A DNA stretch of 64,000 nucleotides from positions 17,809-81,808 of the forward strand of contig DASZJQ010000109.1 of the NCBI GenBank assembly GCA_035947875.1, written 5' to 3'. This document shows positions 28,893 to 37,418 of this stretch, piece after piece (the stretch's first letter is position 1; the number at the start of each line of letters is the position of its first letter). The notes beneath the pieces were generated by a model. That model saw only the letters and a program-made list of their open reading frames with translations, did no database searches and had not been told where the DNA came from. Both the position numbers and the translations under genes were made by a program. The DNA is from Acidimicrobiales bacterium (GTDB lineage Bacteria; Actinomycetota; Acidimicrobiia; Acidimicrobiales; RAAP-2).

Positions 28893-29780
28893 TCAATAGC
28901 CGGTTGCCGCAGATCGCTCCGCAATGTGCTCAAAGACGGGGACGGCCCCGCCGTAGGGGCCGGTCTGTGCCGGGTGGTGCAGGACCAGCTGGTCGATTCC
29001 CATCTCCGCGTAGGGAGCGGCCAGCGCTTCGAATTGGTCGAGTGACGTGATGACCGGATTGGTGGGCGTCCACAGCACCACCTTGCCCAGGCTGTCCGGA
29101 TCCCGGTCCACCGTGGCGCACGCCTGAACGAGTTGCGAGCGTTGCCTGCGGACGGCGTCGACGATGTCGGCGGGTGCTCGCGGTTCACCCGAGCCCGGCC
29201 CGATGGTGACCCACTGCTGACCAGAGGAGGCGGCCAGGCTGAGTCCGCGCGGACCGCCGGCGGCAATCGTCAGCGGAAATGGGGTCTGCACGGTTCCCGG
29301 CGTACTTGGAGCGTTCGTCGCCGCATAGTGCCGACCAGAAATGGTGGTGCGAGTAGCGGCGTCGCCGTCGAGCACTTGTCGCAGCGTCTGGACGAATTCG
29401 CCGTAGCGGTCCATCCTCTCGGCCAACGACCAAGGGTCCTGCCCCAGGGCCTGAGCGTCGGGTCCCTCAGTGCCGGGGCCGACGCCCAGGTCGAAGCGGC
29501 CATTGCTCAGGTCATCGAGCGCGATGACGTCTCGGGCCAACACCACCGGATGTCGAAAATTGGGGGTGGCCACCAAGGTGCCCAGTCGGATCCGCTTGGT
29601 GACCGCCGCCGCCGCAGCCAGAACGGGGATCGCCGCCAGCCACGGGCCGTCGGGCATCCCGCCCCAGCGGATGTGGTCATAGGTCCATGCGGTTGCGAAG
29701 CCGACGCCATCGGCCCACTCCCACTGCCGGCGTGCGTCCTTCCAGCGGTCGGTGGGGAGTATCACAAGACCGATGCGCAC
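28893..29780 (-). CDS. LLM-class (luciferase-like) flavin/F420-dependent oxidoreductase
   Basis: 295 aa. MRIGLVILP..., GFATAWTYDH and LDDLSNGRFDLGVGPG are LLM hallmarks. Confidence 0.7.
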   Translation of the reverse strand: MRIGLVILPTDRWKDARRQWEWADGVGFATAWTYDHIRWGGMPDGPWLAAIPVLAAAAAVTKRIRLGTLVATPNFRHPVVLARDVIALDDLSNGRFDLGVGPGTEGPDAQALGQDPWSLAERMDRYGEFVQTLRQVLDGDAATRTTISGRHYAATNAPSTPGTVQTPFPLTIAAGGPRGLSLAASSGQQWVTIGPGSGEPRAPADIVDAVRRQRSQLVQACATVDRDPDSLGKVVLWTPTNPVITSLDQFEALAAPYAEMGIDQLVLHHPAQTGPYGGAVPVFEHIAERSAATGY

Positions 29781-29807
29781 CGCGTCAAGCTACCGGTTGC
29801 CCTCCTC

Positions 29808-30887
29808 TCACGCTGGACCTCGCCAGTCGATCCACGCGCCGTGCTCGTGCACGATGCCGAGCAACTCCCATCGGGCCACACCGCCTTCGAAGACCGCCGC
29901 ACCGAGAAGATCGGCCCCGGCGTCACGGTCAGGCACGGGCTGCTCGGCAAACGCGGCCACCGTCCCCACGCCTTCAGCGCTCAACCAGGCGATGGTCCGC
30001 GTCCGGGATTCAGTCTCCAACAGTTCGACGAAGCGCTGCCGAGCTTCGAGACTGAAGTAGGCGAAGGCCCATGTCGTCACGATGACGGCGGCGACGCCGA
30101 ACGGGAGGTCACCGAGAACGCGCGGGAGGGCGGCGATGGCGTCCCCGGCGAGTACCAGCGGGGGATCCTGTTGGGCCAGGTGGATGGACGCGGCGGTGCG
30201 TTCGAGTCGGCCCGTGTCGGGCCATACACAGGCCAACAGCCAACGAGCATCGTCTGGATGGGCGAGGTCGATCGGAGAGCGATCGATCCCGATCCGGGAC
30301 CGGAGAGGGGGAAGCGCCGGAGCAATCGGGGGGTGGCCACCGGCCACTCGGCATGTGATCTGGACGGGGGAATGTGGCGGGCCCGTCGCCCCTGCCGCGC
30401 CGTAGTCAATCCGGTAGCGATCGCACAAGAGGTTCAGTCCGGCGCTTGCCCCCACATCCGTCAACGCCATCGGTTCACTGAGCCGGGAGGCCAACCAGGT
30501 GAGGCCCGGACCGATCAATGCGCTGCGGCCGCAGTCATTCGTCTGTATATGACGCGTGGACAGCAGCGCCATCACTTCTTCCCGGCGGTCCCGGCAGAGC
30601 TGCAGAAACAGCGGTGCCGGATCCGCAGCCGATCGCCCCGAGTAGATGGCAGCCAGGGGATCGTCCGGATCATCGAGCAGTAGGTAATGGACCGCCGCCA
30701 GCAAGGCCGGAGGTAGGTGAGCCGAAGGCGGAGCGGACTGCACCCAGCCGAGAAGTTCGGGGTCGCCGGCCACCGCGATCGAGAGGCGTTCATAGAGCGG
30801 CGAATAGTTGTGGCAATGGAGGGCAAACCATTCCCACATATGCACAAAGTCCCTCGTCGGTTCGGACATGGCAAAATACTCACACAT
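29808..30887 (-). CDS. DUF2332 domain protein
   Basis: WFALHCHNYSPLYERLSIAVAGDPELL and LLAAVHYLLLDDPDDPLAAIY match my memory of DUF2332. Alternative ATG at 30869. Confidence 0.55.
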   Translation of the reverse strand: MCEYFAMSEPTRDFVHMWEWFALHCHNYSPLYERLSIAVAGDPELLGWVQSAPPSAHLPPALLAAVHYLLLDDPDDPLAAIYSGRSAADPAPLFLQLCRDRREEVMALLSTRHIQTNDCGRSALIGPGLTWLASRLSEPMALTDVGASAGLNLLCDRYRIDYGAAGATGPPHSPVQITCRVAGGHPPIAPALPPLRSRIGIDRSPIDLAHPDDARWLLACVWPDTGRLERTAASIHLAQQDPPLVLAGDAIAALPRVLGDLPFGVAAVIVTTWAFAYFSLEARQRFVELLETESRTRTIAWLSAEGVGTVAAFAEQPVPDRDAGADLLGAAVFEGGVARWELLGIVHEHGAWIDWRGPA

Positions 30888-31073
30888 CCGTCGAGGCTGG
30901 GACGCCGGCGATCAGCGGTAGATGTCCGGTCCTCCGAGCGGGCAAACTCTGTCGAGGATCGTGTCCGCCAAGGGCGTGGTGTCTGGGGAGTGCAGCCCAA
31001 GCCGGACGGGAGTCAACAACTCACGAGGCAGCACCTGGTGAGCACCAGATGCCTTGCGGAGTGTGCCGGTCTC

Positions 31074-32372
31074 TCACGGACGATGAGAAGGCGCAAGGGA
31101 TCCGGAAGACGGTGGCGGCAGCGTGTCCGCGAACCACCGAGAGGTGGCGGTATGCGAGGTCATCGACCCGCTCAACCGGGTGATGGCCGTTGCGATCGAG
31201 CGGTGGCGGCTGAGCGGGGCACCATCGAGCAACTCGTTCCAAAAGATGGCCCATCCCCCGGCTGGAGCGTCGCCGCCAGCGACCGTGGTGAGCAAACGGG
31301 CCACGGCCGCGACGGCCCGGGGCCGACCCACCAGCGCAGCCTGGGCGGCGGCGGTGATCCGATGATAGGGAAGGTGCGCGGCGGCGAGGGCGGCTCGATA
31401 ACGCTCGGCCGCATGCCCGGGTTCGCCCAGCACGGCCTCAGCAGCTGAGCGTCCACTGCCCATGGCTTGGGCGATCCCCTCACCTTGGAGCGGGTTGACG
31501 AGGCCGGCGGCGTCGCCGACGAGCAGCACTCGGCCCCGTGCCGGATTCGTGCCGACCATTCCCATCTTCAGCCAACCACCGAGTCGGCGCGCCGGGGTCG
31601 ACGCCTGCGAATCGGTGAGTAGACCGCGCCCTTGCAGGTATTCGAGGAAATTCGGTAGCGCCCTCAGCGCGCCCGCGCCGGCCTTGCGATCAGACAGCGT
31701 CCCCAGACCGAGGCCAATGTTTGCTCCGTCTTCCGCACCGGGGAACACCCACCCGTAGCCGGGAAACGCGTGCCATGGTGTCGGCTCCCACAATACGATG
31801 GAGGGGAGATCCACCGGCCGCGGCAGGTACGTGCGAACGGCGAACCCCCAGAGGACTCTGTCGGTATCAACCAGGTCTGCGGCCGAAGCAACACGACTGG
31901 TGGCCCCGTCGGCTCCAATGACGAAGTCGGCGCGCAGCTCTTCTCCGGTGCTCAACTGGAATCCGTCGATTTCTCCTGCTTCTTCCAAGGGCTCGTCTGC
32001 CCGTCCGACGATGGGTATGGCTCCGGCCTCGATCGCCGCCTGATGGAGCGCGGCGTCGAAGACCGTCCTGGCCACTGACGTGCCGTGCCCCGGGTACGTC
32101 AGTCCTTCCGCGCTGGGCAGCCGCACCTTTCGACCGGTCGGACCGACGACCCACATATCGCCGACCTCGGCGCCTGACGGCAGTGGGAGCCCCAGCTCGG
32201 TCAGCACCTGAAGACCGCGGGGACCGACCAGGTCGCCGCACGCCTTGTCGCGAGGGAACGTGGCCTTGTCGACCAGGGCCACCCGAGCACCGCTGCGGGC
32301 CAGCACGAGAGCAGCAATGCTGCCCGCCGGACCGCTGCCGATCACCAGGACGTCAAAGCGCGTCGCTCCCAC
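31074..32372 (-). CDS. Geranylgeranyl reductase-family FAD-dependent oxidoreductase (MenJ-like)
   Basis: GTG 32372 preceded by GAGGAAGGAG. FDVLVIGSGPAGSIAALVLARSG FAD motif, RDKACGD block, GDAAGLVNPLQGEGI. The longer ORF start at 32486 is unlikely. Confidence 0.75.
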   Translation of the reverse strand: MGATRFDVLVIGSGPAGSIAALVLARSGARVALVDKATFPRDKACGDLVGPRGLQVLTELGLPLPSGAEVGDMWVVGPTGRKVRLPSAEGLTYPGHGTSVARTVFDAALHQAAIEAGAIPIVGRADEPLEEAGEIDGFQLSTGEELRADFVIGADGATSRVASAADLVDTDRVLWGFAVRTYLPRPVDLPSIVLWEPTPWHAFPGYGWVFPGAEDGANIGLGLGTLSDRKAGAGALRALPNFLEYLQGRGLLTDSQASTPARRLGGWLKMGMVGTNPARGRVLLVGDAAGLVNPLQGEGIAQAMGSGRSAAEAVLGEPGHAAERYRAALAAAHLPYHRITAAAQAALVGRPRAVAAVARLLTTVAGGDAPAGGWAIFWNELLDGAPLSRHRSIATAITRLSGSMTSHTATSRWFADTLPPPSSGSLAPSHRP

Positions 32373-32436
32373 CCTGCTCCTTCCTCGGTGTCCGGACTTA
32401 CAATGAGATCTTTTCATCCCAAGAGTAGGAGACCCG

Positions 32437-33168
32437 TTGACGACCATTTCCGGTGATCGGAACGAATTTGCGCAACATTTGTTCACGTCTCTCCCACGGC
32501 GCTACGACCGGTTGGCCGAGGTCCTCTCCATGGGTCAAAACGGGCGATGGCGACGGGCCATGATCGACCGGATCGTGCCCTCCTCACCCGGCCAGGTGCT
32601 CGACGTTGCCTCAGGGACAGCCGGGGTCGCCTTGCAGCTGGCTTCTCGAACGTCAGCCGATATTGTCGGCGTCGATCTGACGCAAGCGATGCTGGCTCAA
32701 GGGCACCGCAACGTCGCCGATGCCGCCATGAGCAGTCGTATCCAACTCGTTGCCGGCCGAGCCGAGCAGCTGCCCTTCCCCGACGGCTCCTTCGACGCGC
32801 TGACCTTTACGTACCTGCTGCGTTACGTCGACGATCCCCAGGCCACGCTCTGTGAGCTGGCTCGGGTGGTGAAGCCCGGCGGCGCCGTGGCCAGCCTGGA
32901 GTTCCTCGCCCCGCCGAGCCGTTTTTGGCAATTTTGGTGGCATCTGTACACCCGCCTACTCCTGCCCGCAGGCGGATGGCTCACCGGAGGGAGAGAGTGG
33001 TTCAACGTGGGCCGGTTCCTCGGCCCCAACATCTCCGAGCACTACCGGAAGTATCCGGTCGCATGGACCGTGGAGGCCTGGCACAGAGCCGGATTCGAGA
33101 ACATCGGTGTGCGCGTCATGAGCCTTGGTGGCGGTCTGGTGATGTGGGGAACCCGAAGCAGTGCATGA
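32437..33168 (+). CDS. Class I SAM-dependent methyltransferase (UbiE/MenG-like)
   Basis: TTG start with AGGAGA 5 nt upstream. YDRLAEVLSMGQNGRWRR (UbiE-type block), VLDVASGTAG SAM motif I, VKPGG. Confidence 0.75.
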   Translation: MTTISGDRNEFAQHLFTSLPRRYDRLAEVLSMGQNGRWRRAMIDRIVPSSPGQVLDVASGTAGVALQLASRTSADIVGVDLTQAMLAQGHRNVADAAMSSRIQLVAGRAEQLPFPDGSFDALTFTYLLRYVDDPQATLCELARVVKPGGAVASLEFLAPPSRFWQFWWHLYTRLLLPAGGWLTGGREWFNVGRFLGPNISEHYRKYPVAWTVEAWHRAGFENIGVRVMSLGGGLVMWGTRSSA

Positions 33169-33967
33169 TCAGCCGGACTCCGACGACCGGGCCGCTGAGT
33201 CTGGGGATTCGCCGCCATTGGCACCACAGGTCGAGACCGGCACCGAGCACCGGCCTGCCTTCTATGCCGCTCGCCCCGGCGGATGGAGGGATTGGTGGAC
33301 TCTGCTGCACCCCCCCTACACCGCATGGCACCTGGCCTATGTGGTGATTGGCGCCTCTCTGGCACCTCACGTCCAGCTTTCCCGGCTGGTGGCCACATTG
33401 TTGGCGTTCCTGTTCGCCGTAGGGTTTGCGGCTCATGCACTGGACGAGTTGCACGGGCGCCCCTTGGGCACCCACATTCCCAGAGCGGCGCTGATTGCGT
33501 TGACCGTCGCCGGCTTGGCCGGGGCGGTCGCCCTGGGCATCGCCGGATTGTCGCGCGTCGGATGGGCCCTGATTCCGTTCCTGGTGCTCGGTCCCCTGTT
33601 GGTCGCCGCCTACAACCTGGAGTTGTTCGGTGGACTGGTCCATACCGACCTCGGGTTCGCCATCGCCTGGGGGTCCTTCCCGGTGCTCGTTGGCTATGTG
33701 GCCCAGACCGGTCGTCTGGCGCTGAGCCCCGTGATTGCCGCGGTCGCGGCCTGTGCTTTGTCATTGGCGCAACGCCGGCTGAGCACCCCGGCACGGTTCA
33801 TCCGTCGTCAGGCGACCGTGATCGAAGGCCGCATCGCCTTGGGGAATGGAAAGTGGATGCCCATCGACCAGGACTTACTGCTCGGCCCTCTCGAACGTGC
33901 GCTCGGTGCCTTGTCGTGGGGCGTCGTGCTGGTTGCCGCATCGGTGGCAATTGCCCGTCTCAGTTAG
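33161..33967 (+). CDS. Uncharacterised polytopic membrane protein (about 7 TM)
   Basis: 268 aa. The GTG start overlaps the methyltransferase stop by 8 nt. Seven hydrophobic segments and a conserved-looking HALDELHGRP loop. No family recognised. Confidence 0.55.
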   Translation: MHDQPDSDDRAAESGDSPPLAPQVETGTEHRPAFYAARPGGWRDWWTLLHPPYTAWHLAYVVIGASLAPHVQLSRLVATLLAFLFAVGFAAHALDELHGRPLGTHIPRAALIALTVAGLAGAVALGIAGLSRVGWALIPFLVLGPLLVAAYNLELFGGLVHTDLGFAIAWGSFPVLVGYVAQTGRLALSPVIAAVAACALSLAQRRLSTPARFIRRQATVIEGRIALGNGKWMPIDQDLLLGPLERALGALSWGVVLVAASVAIARLS

Positions 33968-34428
33968 GGGGCAGGCTCGAGACGTCGGCGAAACCCGGAG
34001 ACGGTCACCTCGACGACCCGGTCGTGGCCCCACTGAAAGAGAGGGTGAGCGAAGCGGCTGGCCAGCCGCATCGGGCGCTGCATCATCTCGAGCGTCCAGG
34101 CCACCTCGACCCGCGATCCAGTACTGATCGGCTCCACTCTCAGGCGCGCCTCGCCTTCGATGTCACCGTGGATGACGGCGTCAATGGCGACGGGTGGATC
34201 CCACCGGGTGAGTTCGACCTGCAGTCTCATCCGGTAGGGAAGGGGCGGGGCCACCACCGCGTGCAACACGGACGCGGCGCCCAGGGGCTCACCTTCGAGG
34301 CGGAATTCCTGCAGCCACGGCCACCAGCGCTCGTACTGGTCGACCTGATCGAGCACGTCCCACAACTCGGGAGGAGTCAGGCCGAATGTGTACCCCCGCT
34401 GGTATTTGATCACCGGTTGTTGCGGCAT
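33964..34428 (-). CDS. SRPBCC-family (polyketide cyclase/START-like) protein
   Basis: 154 aa. PPELWDVLDQVDQYERWWPWL is a typical SRPBCC N-terminal pattern. Confidence 0.55.
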   Translation of the reverse strand: MPQQPVIKYQRGYTFGLTPPELWDVLDQVDQYERWWPWLQEFRLEGEPLGAASVLHAVVAPPLPYRMRLQVELTRWDPPVAIDAVIHGDIEGEARLRVEPISTGSRVEVAWTLEMMQRPMRLASRFAHPLFQWGHDRVVEVTVSGFRRRLEPAP

Positions 34429-34672
34429 AAGGGGGCTCAGGAGGAGCCGGCGGACGCCAAGGCATTTCCCTGTACGTTCATGTCATTCAATTTCGATTCC
34501 ATCCGGAGGGCTTGCCGACGCACAGGGGATACGCCGAAACTCCGTCGAGAGATTCCCTGCTACGAAATCTACCTGTTTCGACCTCCCCGGTGTGGTGTGG
34601 GCGCTGCAACGAGTCCACGGACCAGGGTTAAAGCGGTCTGCGGCGTCGAGGCCACAGTCGGAGGCTCACTCC

Positions 34673-34846
34673 CTAGAGAAGGTGATGGTGGATCGAGCAT
34701 CGGCACTTGGGGTTGTAAAGGGAAAGCTGAGTGCCACACCCCGACGCGGCGCAGACCCGACCTCGCCCGTACGTGGCCGTCGGCCGCCCATGAACCAAGT
34801 CGGTGACTCTGCCGGATCCAAATCCGAAAGCGCTGTTTCTGTTCAT
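34673..34846 (-). CDS. Small Cys-rich (zinc-ribbon-like) protein, 57 aa; not in the supplied ORF track
   Basis: Hand translation gives MNRNSAFGFGSGRVTDLVHGRPTATYGRGRVCAASGCGTQLSLYNPKCRCSIHHHLL*. GGAAGGAAG lies 8 nt upstream of the ATG (34844..34846). CxxxxC...CxC..HHH ligand pattern. GC3 is about 70% in this frame versus about 53% in the opposite-strand frame (hand count). Confidence 0.45.
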   Translation of the reverse strand: MNRNSAFGFGSGRVTDLVHGRPTATYGRGRVCAASGCGTQLSLYNPKCRCSIHHHLL

Positions 34847-34851
34847 GTTCA

Positions 34852-35196
34852 CTACTTCCTTCCACTCTCTTGTGTGACTATCGGTCGGTCGGGCGTCATC
34901 CTCGGGTTACGCGGGACATCAGATGAGGACTTGACGGCCGTTGGTGCGGGGTCGGAGGCGGCTTCTTCGCTCATGGCTCGCGTTCCCGGCCCAGAACTGG
35001 CACAAGACAGTGGTGTCGCCGGACTCGAGGAACTGCGACCGACGGCCCAGCCCATCAGGATCCTCGGCGTGTTTCCGAGCTGCCGCTCCAACCAAATCCC
35101 GGCGACCAGCAGATGGCACGCGACGCCGATGGCGCGACGGTCGACCTCCGATTGTCTCGTCCGAGGAGGATGCGTAGTGGATTTTCGAACCGTCAT
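34852..35196 (-). CDS. Possible 114-aa ORF immediately upstream of the small Cys-rich ORF (weak)
   Basis: ATG 35196 has GGAGG 5 nt upstream. The stop is 5 nt before the next ATG. One short hydrophobic segment (AIGVACHLLVAGIWL), the rest low-complexity. GC3 about 67%, the same as the competing plus-strand frame, so coding status is unresolved. Confidence 0.2.
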   Translation of the reverse strand: MTVRKSTTHPPRTRQSEVDRRAIGVACHLLVAGIWLERQLGNTPRILMGWAVGRSSSSPATPLSCASSGPGTRAMSEEAASDPAPTAVKSSSDVPRNPRMTPDRPIVTQESGRK

Positions 35197-35392
35197 GGAA
35201 GCCTCCATGTACTTGAACGGATGCGAGGTTCTCTACCACTGCGTAATACGACAGTGGGTTACAGACGACGCACGGTTCTCTTGAAAGAGGGCTAGCGGCG
35301 AGACGAATTCACCGCACCGCATCGAGCGTGCGCTTACGTAATCGCGACACCAGAGGGCCGTCTGACGGCCCGAGCCGCCAAGCAAGTTGATG

Positions 35393-35426
35393 ACGCCGCA
35401 AGCCGCTCGCTCGCGTCTTGCGGCGT
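35393..35426 (-). terminator. Hairpin downstream of the anti-sigma gene (candidate terminator, no U-tract)
   Basis: Perfect 10-bp inverted repeat ACGCCGCAAG (35393..35402) / CTTGCGGCGT (35417..35426) with a 14-nt loop, 35 nt past the stop at 35461. Confidence 0.35.
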
Positions 35427-35460
35427 GAGGCAGTATGACGCAGACACCGCAGTATGGAGC

Positions 35461-36111
35461 TCAGGCGAAGGTGGCGGAACCCACGACGGCGCCGCTGGAG
35501 TTGAAGAGCTGCGCTCCCCGAAGTCGGCTGATGTCCACCCCGATGGTTTTGGTCATCTCACCTGACCCGCGGTGAAGCTCGATGGTGCCGGCCGCCACGA
35601 CTGATCCGGTGTTCAACTGGAGCTTGCACTTGATCGTGCCACTCGACTCGGGTACGCCCACCTTCATGTACACCCACGATGGATGCCCGCCATAGACGAC
35701 GATCTGCCCCAACACACTGCCGCCGGCCGTCTCGAACGATGCGGTACGAATGACTGGCCCGCGGGGGACCGCCACAGCCGTTGTCACCGCCGCGTGATTG
35801 AAGCTGTCGGTGGCCACGACGGTCCCTCCGACCAGCGCCACGCTGGCGGCAATGCCGACCAGCGCGGCGCGGGCGCGGCGCACTTTGAGCGGCCGGACGT
35901 TCGATGCAGGGGTGGGAGTCGCCTGATCAGACAATTTTTGGTGCAAGTCGGACACGAACGCTTCGTCGGGGATGGCATCACCAGGACGAGCGGCGCGCAG
36001 TGCGATGGCCGTGCGGACCACTTCGGCGTCAGCTGGTTCGGCCTTGAAGGATCCAGGACGAAGGCCGGCGACCAGCGCATCAACGAAGGCGGAAAGCTTG
36101 CGGTCCGTCAT
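35461..36111 (-). CDS. Anti-sigma factor-like single-pass membrane protein
   Basis: 216 aa. The start overlaps the sigma stop (ATGA at 36108..36111). Cytoplasmic N-domain, one TM (AALVGIAASVALVGGTVVA), and a beta-rich extracytoplasmic domain of about 110 aa. No ZAS HxxxCxxC motif. Confidence 0.65.
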   Translation of the reverse strand: MTDRKLSAFVDALVAGLRPGSFKAEPADAEVVRTAIALRAARPGDAIPDEAFVSDLHQKLSDQATPTPASNVRPLKVRRARAALVGIAASVALVGGTVVATDSFNHAAVTTAVAVPRGPVIRTASFETAGGSVLGQIVVYGGHPSWVYMKVGVPESSGTIKCKLQLNTGSVVAAGTIELHRGSGEMTKTIGVDISRLRGAQLFNSSGAVVGSATFA

Positions 36112-36701
36112 TGTCCGAACTCCGATCCGACCTTCGCTGCCATACGCAGAGCGCGATGCTGGAGGACCTTGGCGTTGCTCACGCTGACCCCCATTTCCTG
36201 GGCCGCCTCCTTGATCGTGCAGGCCTCAAGGAATCGGAGCTCGAGGATGCGCCGGTAGCGATCCGGAAGAGTGTCCAAGATCTTGGCCGCTCGCTGAGGC
36301 GCATCGGTTGGATCTTTGAAACCGGACGGTTCGACGAGAGCATTGAGGTCGGATTCGGGGTCGATCGTGGTGATCGCCAGGCCCAAGGTGCGGCGCCAAT
36401 GCGAGGCCAGAACGGTCTGGGCCGTGACCAGCAAGTACGACCGAACCTCACCCTTCGATGCCGTAAGTTGCAAAGGTCCAAGGGCCGTCCGAAAGACCTC
36501 CGACGTGAGGTCTTCGGCGTCGGGACGATTGCCTACCCGCGCGTACATCAAGCGGTAGAGGCGGTCGATGTTGTCGCGATACACCGACTCCCAGTCGGTG
36601 TATCCGTCGGTGTCAACCACCCGCAGGTAGGCGATATCGGCATCGCCCGATGCGGATCGTGAGCTGACGTTCGTTGGGCAGGACCGGAGAGCAGGAGACA
36701 T
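36108..36701 (-). CDS. ECF-type RNA polymerase sigma-70 family factor
   Basis: Region 2 (IDRLYRLMYARVGNRPDAEDLTSEVF) and region 4 HTH (LPDRYRRILELRFLEACTIKEAAQEMGVSVSNAKVLQHRAL). 197 aa. Confidence 0.85.
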   Translation of the reverse strand: MSPALRSCPTNVSSRSASGDADIAYLRVVDTDGYTDWESVYRDNIDRLYRLMYARVGNRPDAEDLTSEVFRTALGPLQLTASKGEVRSYLLVTAQTVLASHWRRTLGLAITTIDPESDLNALVEPSGFKDPTDAPQRAAKILDTLPDRYRRILELRFLEACTIKEAAQEMGVSVSNAKVLQHRALRMAAKVGSEFGQ

Positions 36702-36730
36702 CTCACCTTAAGATAGGTGGAGGGGTTACA
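36702..36730. repeat. Copy 1 of a 29-nt leader-like motif (overlaps the SD and promoter candidate of the sigma gene)
   Basis: ctcaccttaagataggtggaggggttaca. 21/29 identical and indel-free relative to copy 2, 270 bp away. Confidence 0.5.
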
Positions 36731-36750
36731 GGGCTCCGATCACCGGGTTC
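36726..36750 (-). promoter_or_regulatory. Candidate ECF-type promoter of the sigma/anti-sigma operon
   Basis: The minus strand reads tcGAACC-cggtgatcggagccct(16 nt)-GTAAc, about 25 nt upstream of the ATG at 36701. It has the same GAACC-N16-xGTx geometry as the candidate at 37359. Confidence 0.3.
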
Positions 36751-36971
36751 GAGAGTGCGGTGGGTGCGCGGGCCGGGCAGGACGGTGGGCTGAGAGGCGT
36801 CACCTCGATTCCCCTGCATATTGCACCCGACCGGGCTGGAGGCGAGCTGCGGCCAAGTCGGAATGACGTCGCCTGCGCCCCCCACTGAACGGAGAGAGGG
36901 CACCGGCCCCTCGGCCTGAATGGGGAGTTGGGAACCGAGGGCCGGTGCAGGAGCACTAGAGACCAAGGGTG

Positions 36972-37000
36972 CTCACATCGAGATAGCGCAGGGGGTTACA
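36972..37000. repeat. Copy 2 of the 29-nt leader-like motif
   Basis: ctcacatcgagatagcgcagggggttaca. Shares the ctcac, agatag and ggggttaca blocks with copy 1 at identical spacing. Confidence 0.5.
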
Positions 37001-37358
37001 ACCCCGGACCTTTGCCGCACCAAGAGTTGGTCGGCCGCCGACGGCGCGGGGCACCGCTCCGTCGATCGGGTGTGGCCCATGCGTTGAGTCAATTGCGCGC
37101 GCAGTTTCAATCGGTTGGGATGACGAATCGGCTGGGCCGCGAGATCTGATCCGCCTCGACGCTTCCATCAGCGCGTCCGGTCTTTTCTCATGAGGGACGG
37201 CGATGGTGTGGCAGGCGAGTCGAGCTCTCATTCCCGTATTGGGTCGCCGTAACCCTCAGCGTTATCTAGCACCGACAAGAAGTTGCGATCGCCGCATCGT
37301 CCAGAACTTCTCCGTCATCGGACACGGCTGCTCTTGAGGAGCCACTGAAAGTTGGGTT

Positions 37359-37384
37359 TGAACCATCCAGGACGACATTCCGTC
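37359..37384 (+). promoter_or_regulatory. Candidate ECF-type promoter of the COG4315/flippase-like/FtsH cassette
   Basis: TGAACC (37359..37364), 16-nt spacer, CGTC (37381..37384), 35 nt upstream of the ATG at 37419. Resembles SigW/SigM-type TGAAAC-N16-CGTA consensus. A GACGAC/GTCGTC hairpin overlaps the -10. Confidence 0.35.
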
Positions 37385-37418
37385 GTCACGAGTCACAAAC
37401 GAGTAGGAGGAAACAATC

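Noticed and set aside
34388-35284. 298-aa plus-strand ORF covering the empty region
   Set aside because: No recognisable fold or motif, and it is Cys/Arg/Ser-rich. Its 5' part overlaps the SRPBCC gene on the other strand. GC3 is lower than the minus-strand small ORF over 34673..34846 and only equal to the minus frame elsewhere. Not excluded, but not supportable.
36740-36765. tRNA-like GGTTCGAG T-loop motif
   Set aside because: The flanking bases do not form a T-stem, acceptor stem or anticodon arm, so no cloverleaf can be drawn. The GGTTC is better explained as the complement of the GAACC promoter candidate.
36956-37231. 91-aa and 73-aa ORFs in the sigma/COG4315 gap
   Set aside because: No SD, Arg/Pro-rich composition and no family resemblance. 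I also looked for transposase/integrase remnants and found nothing recognisable.
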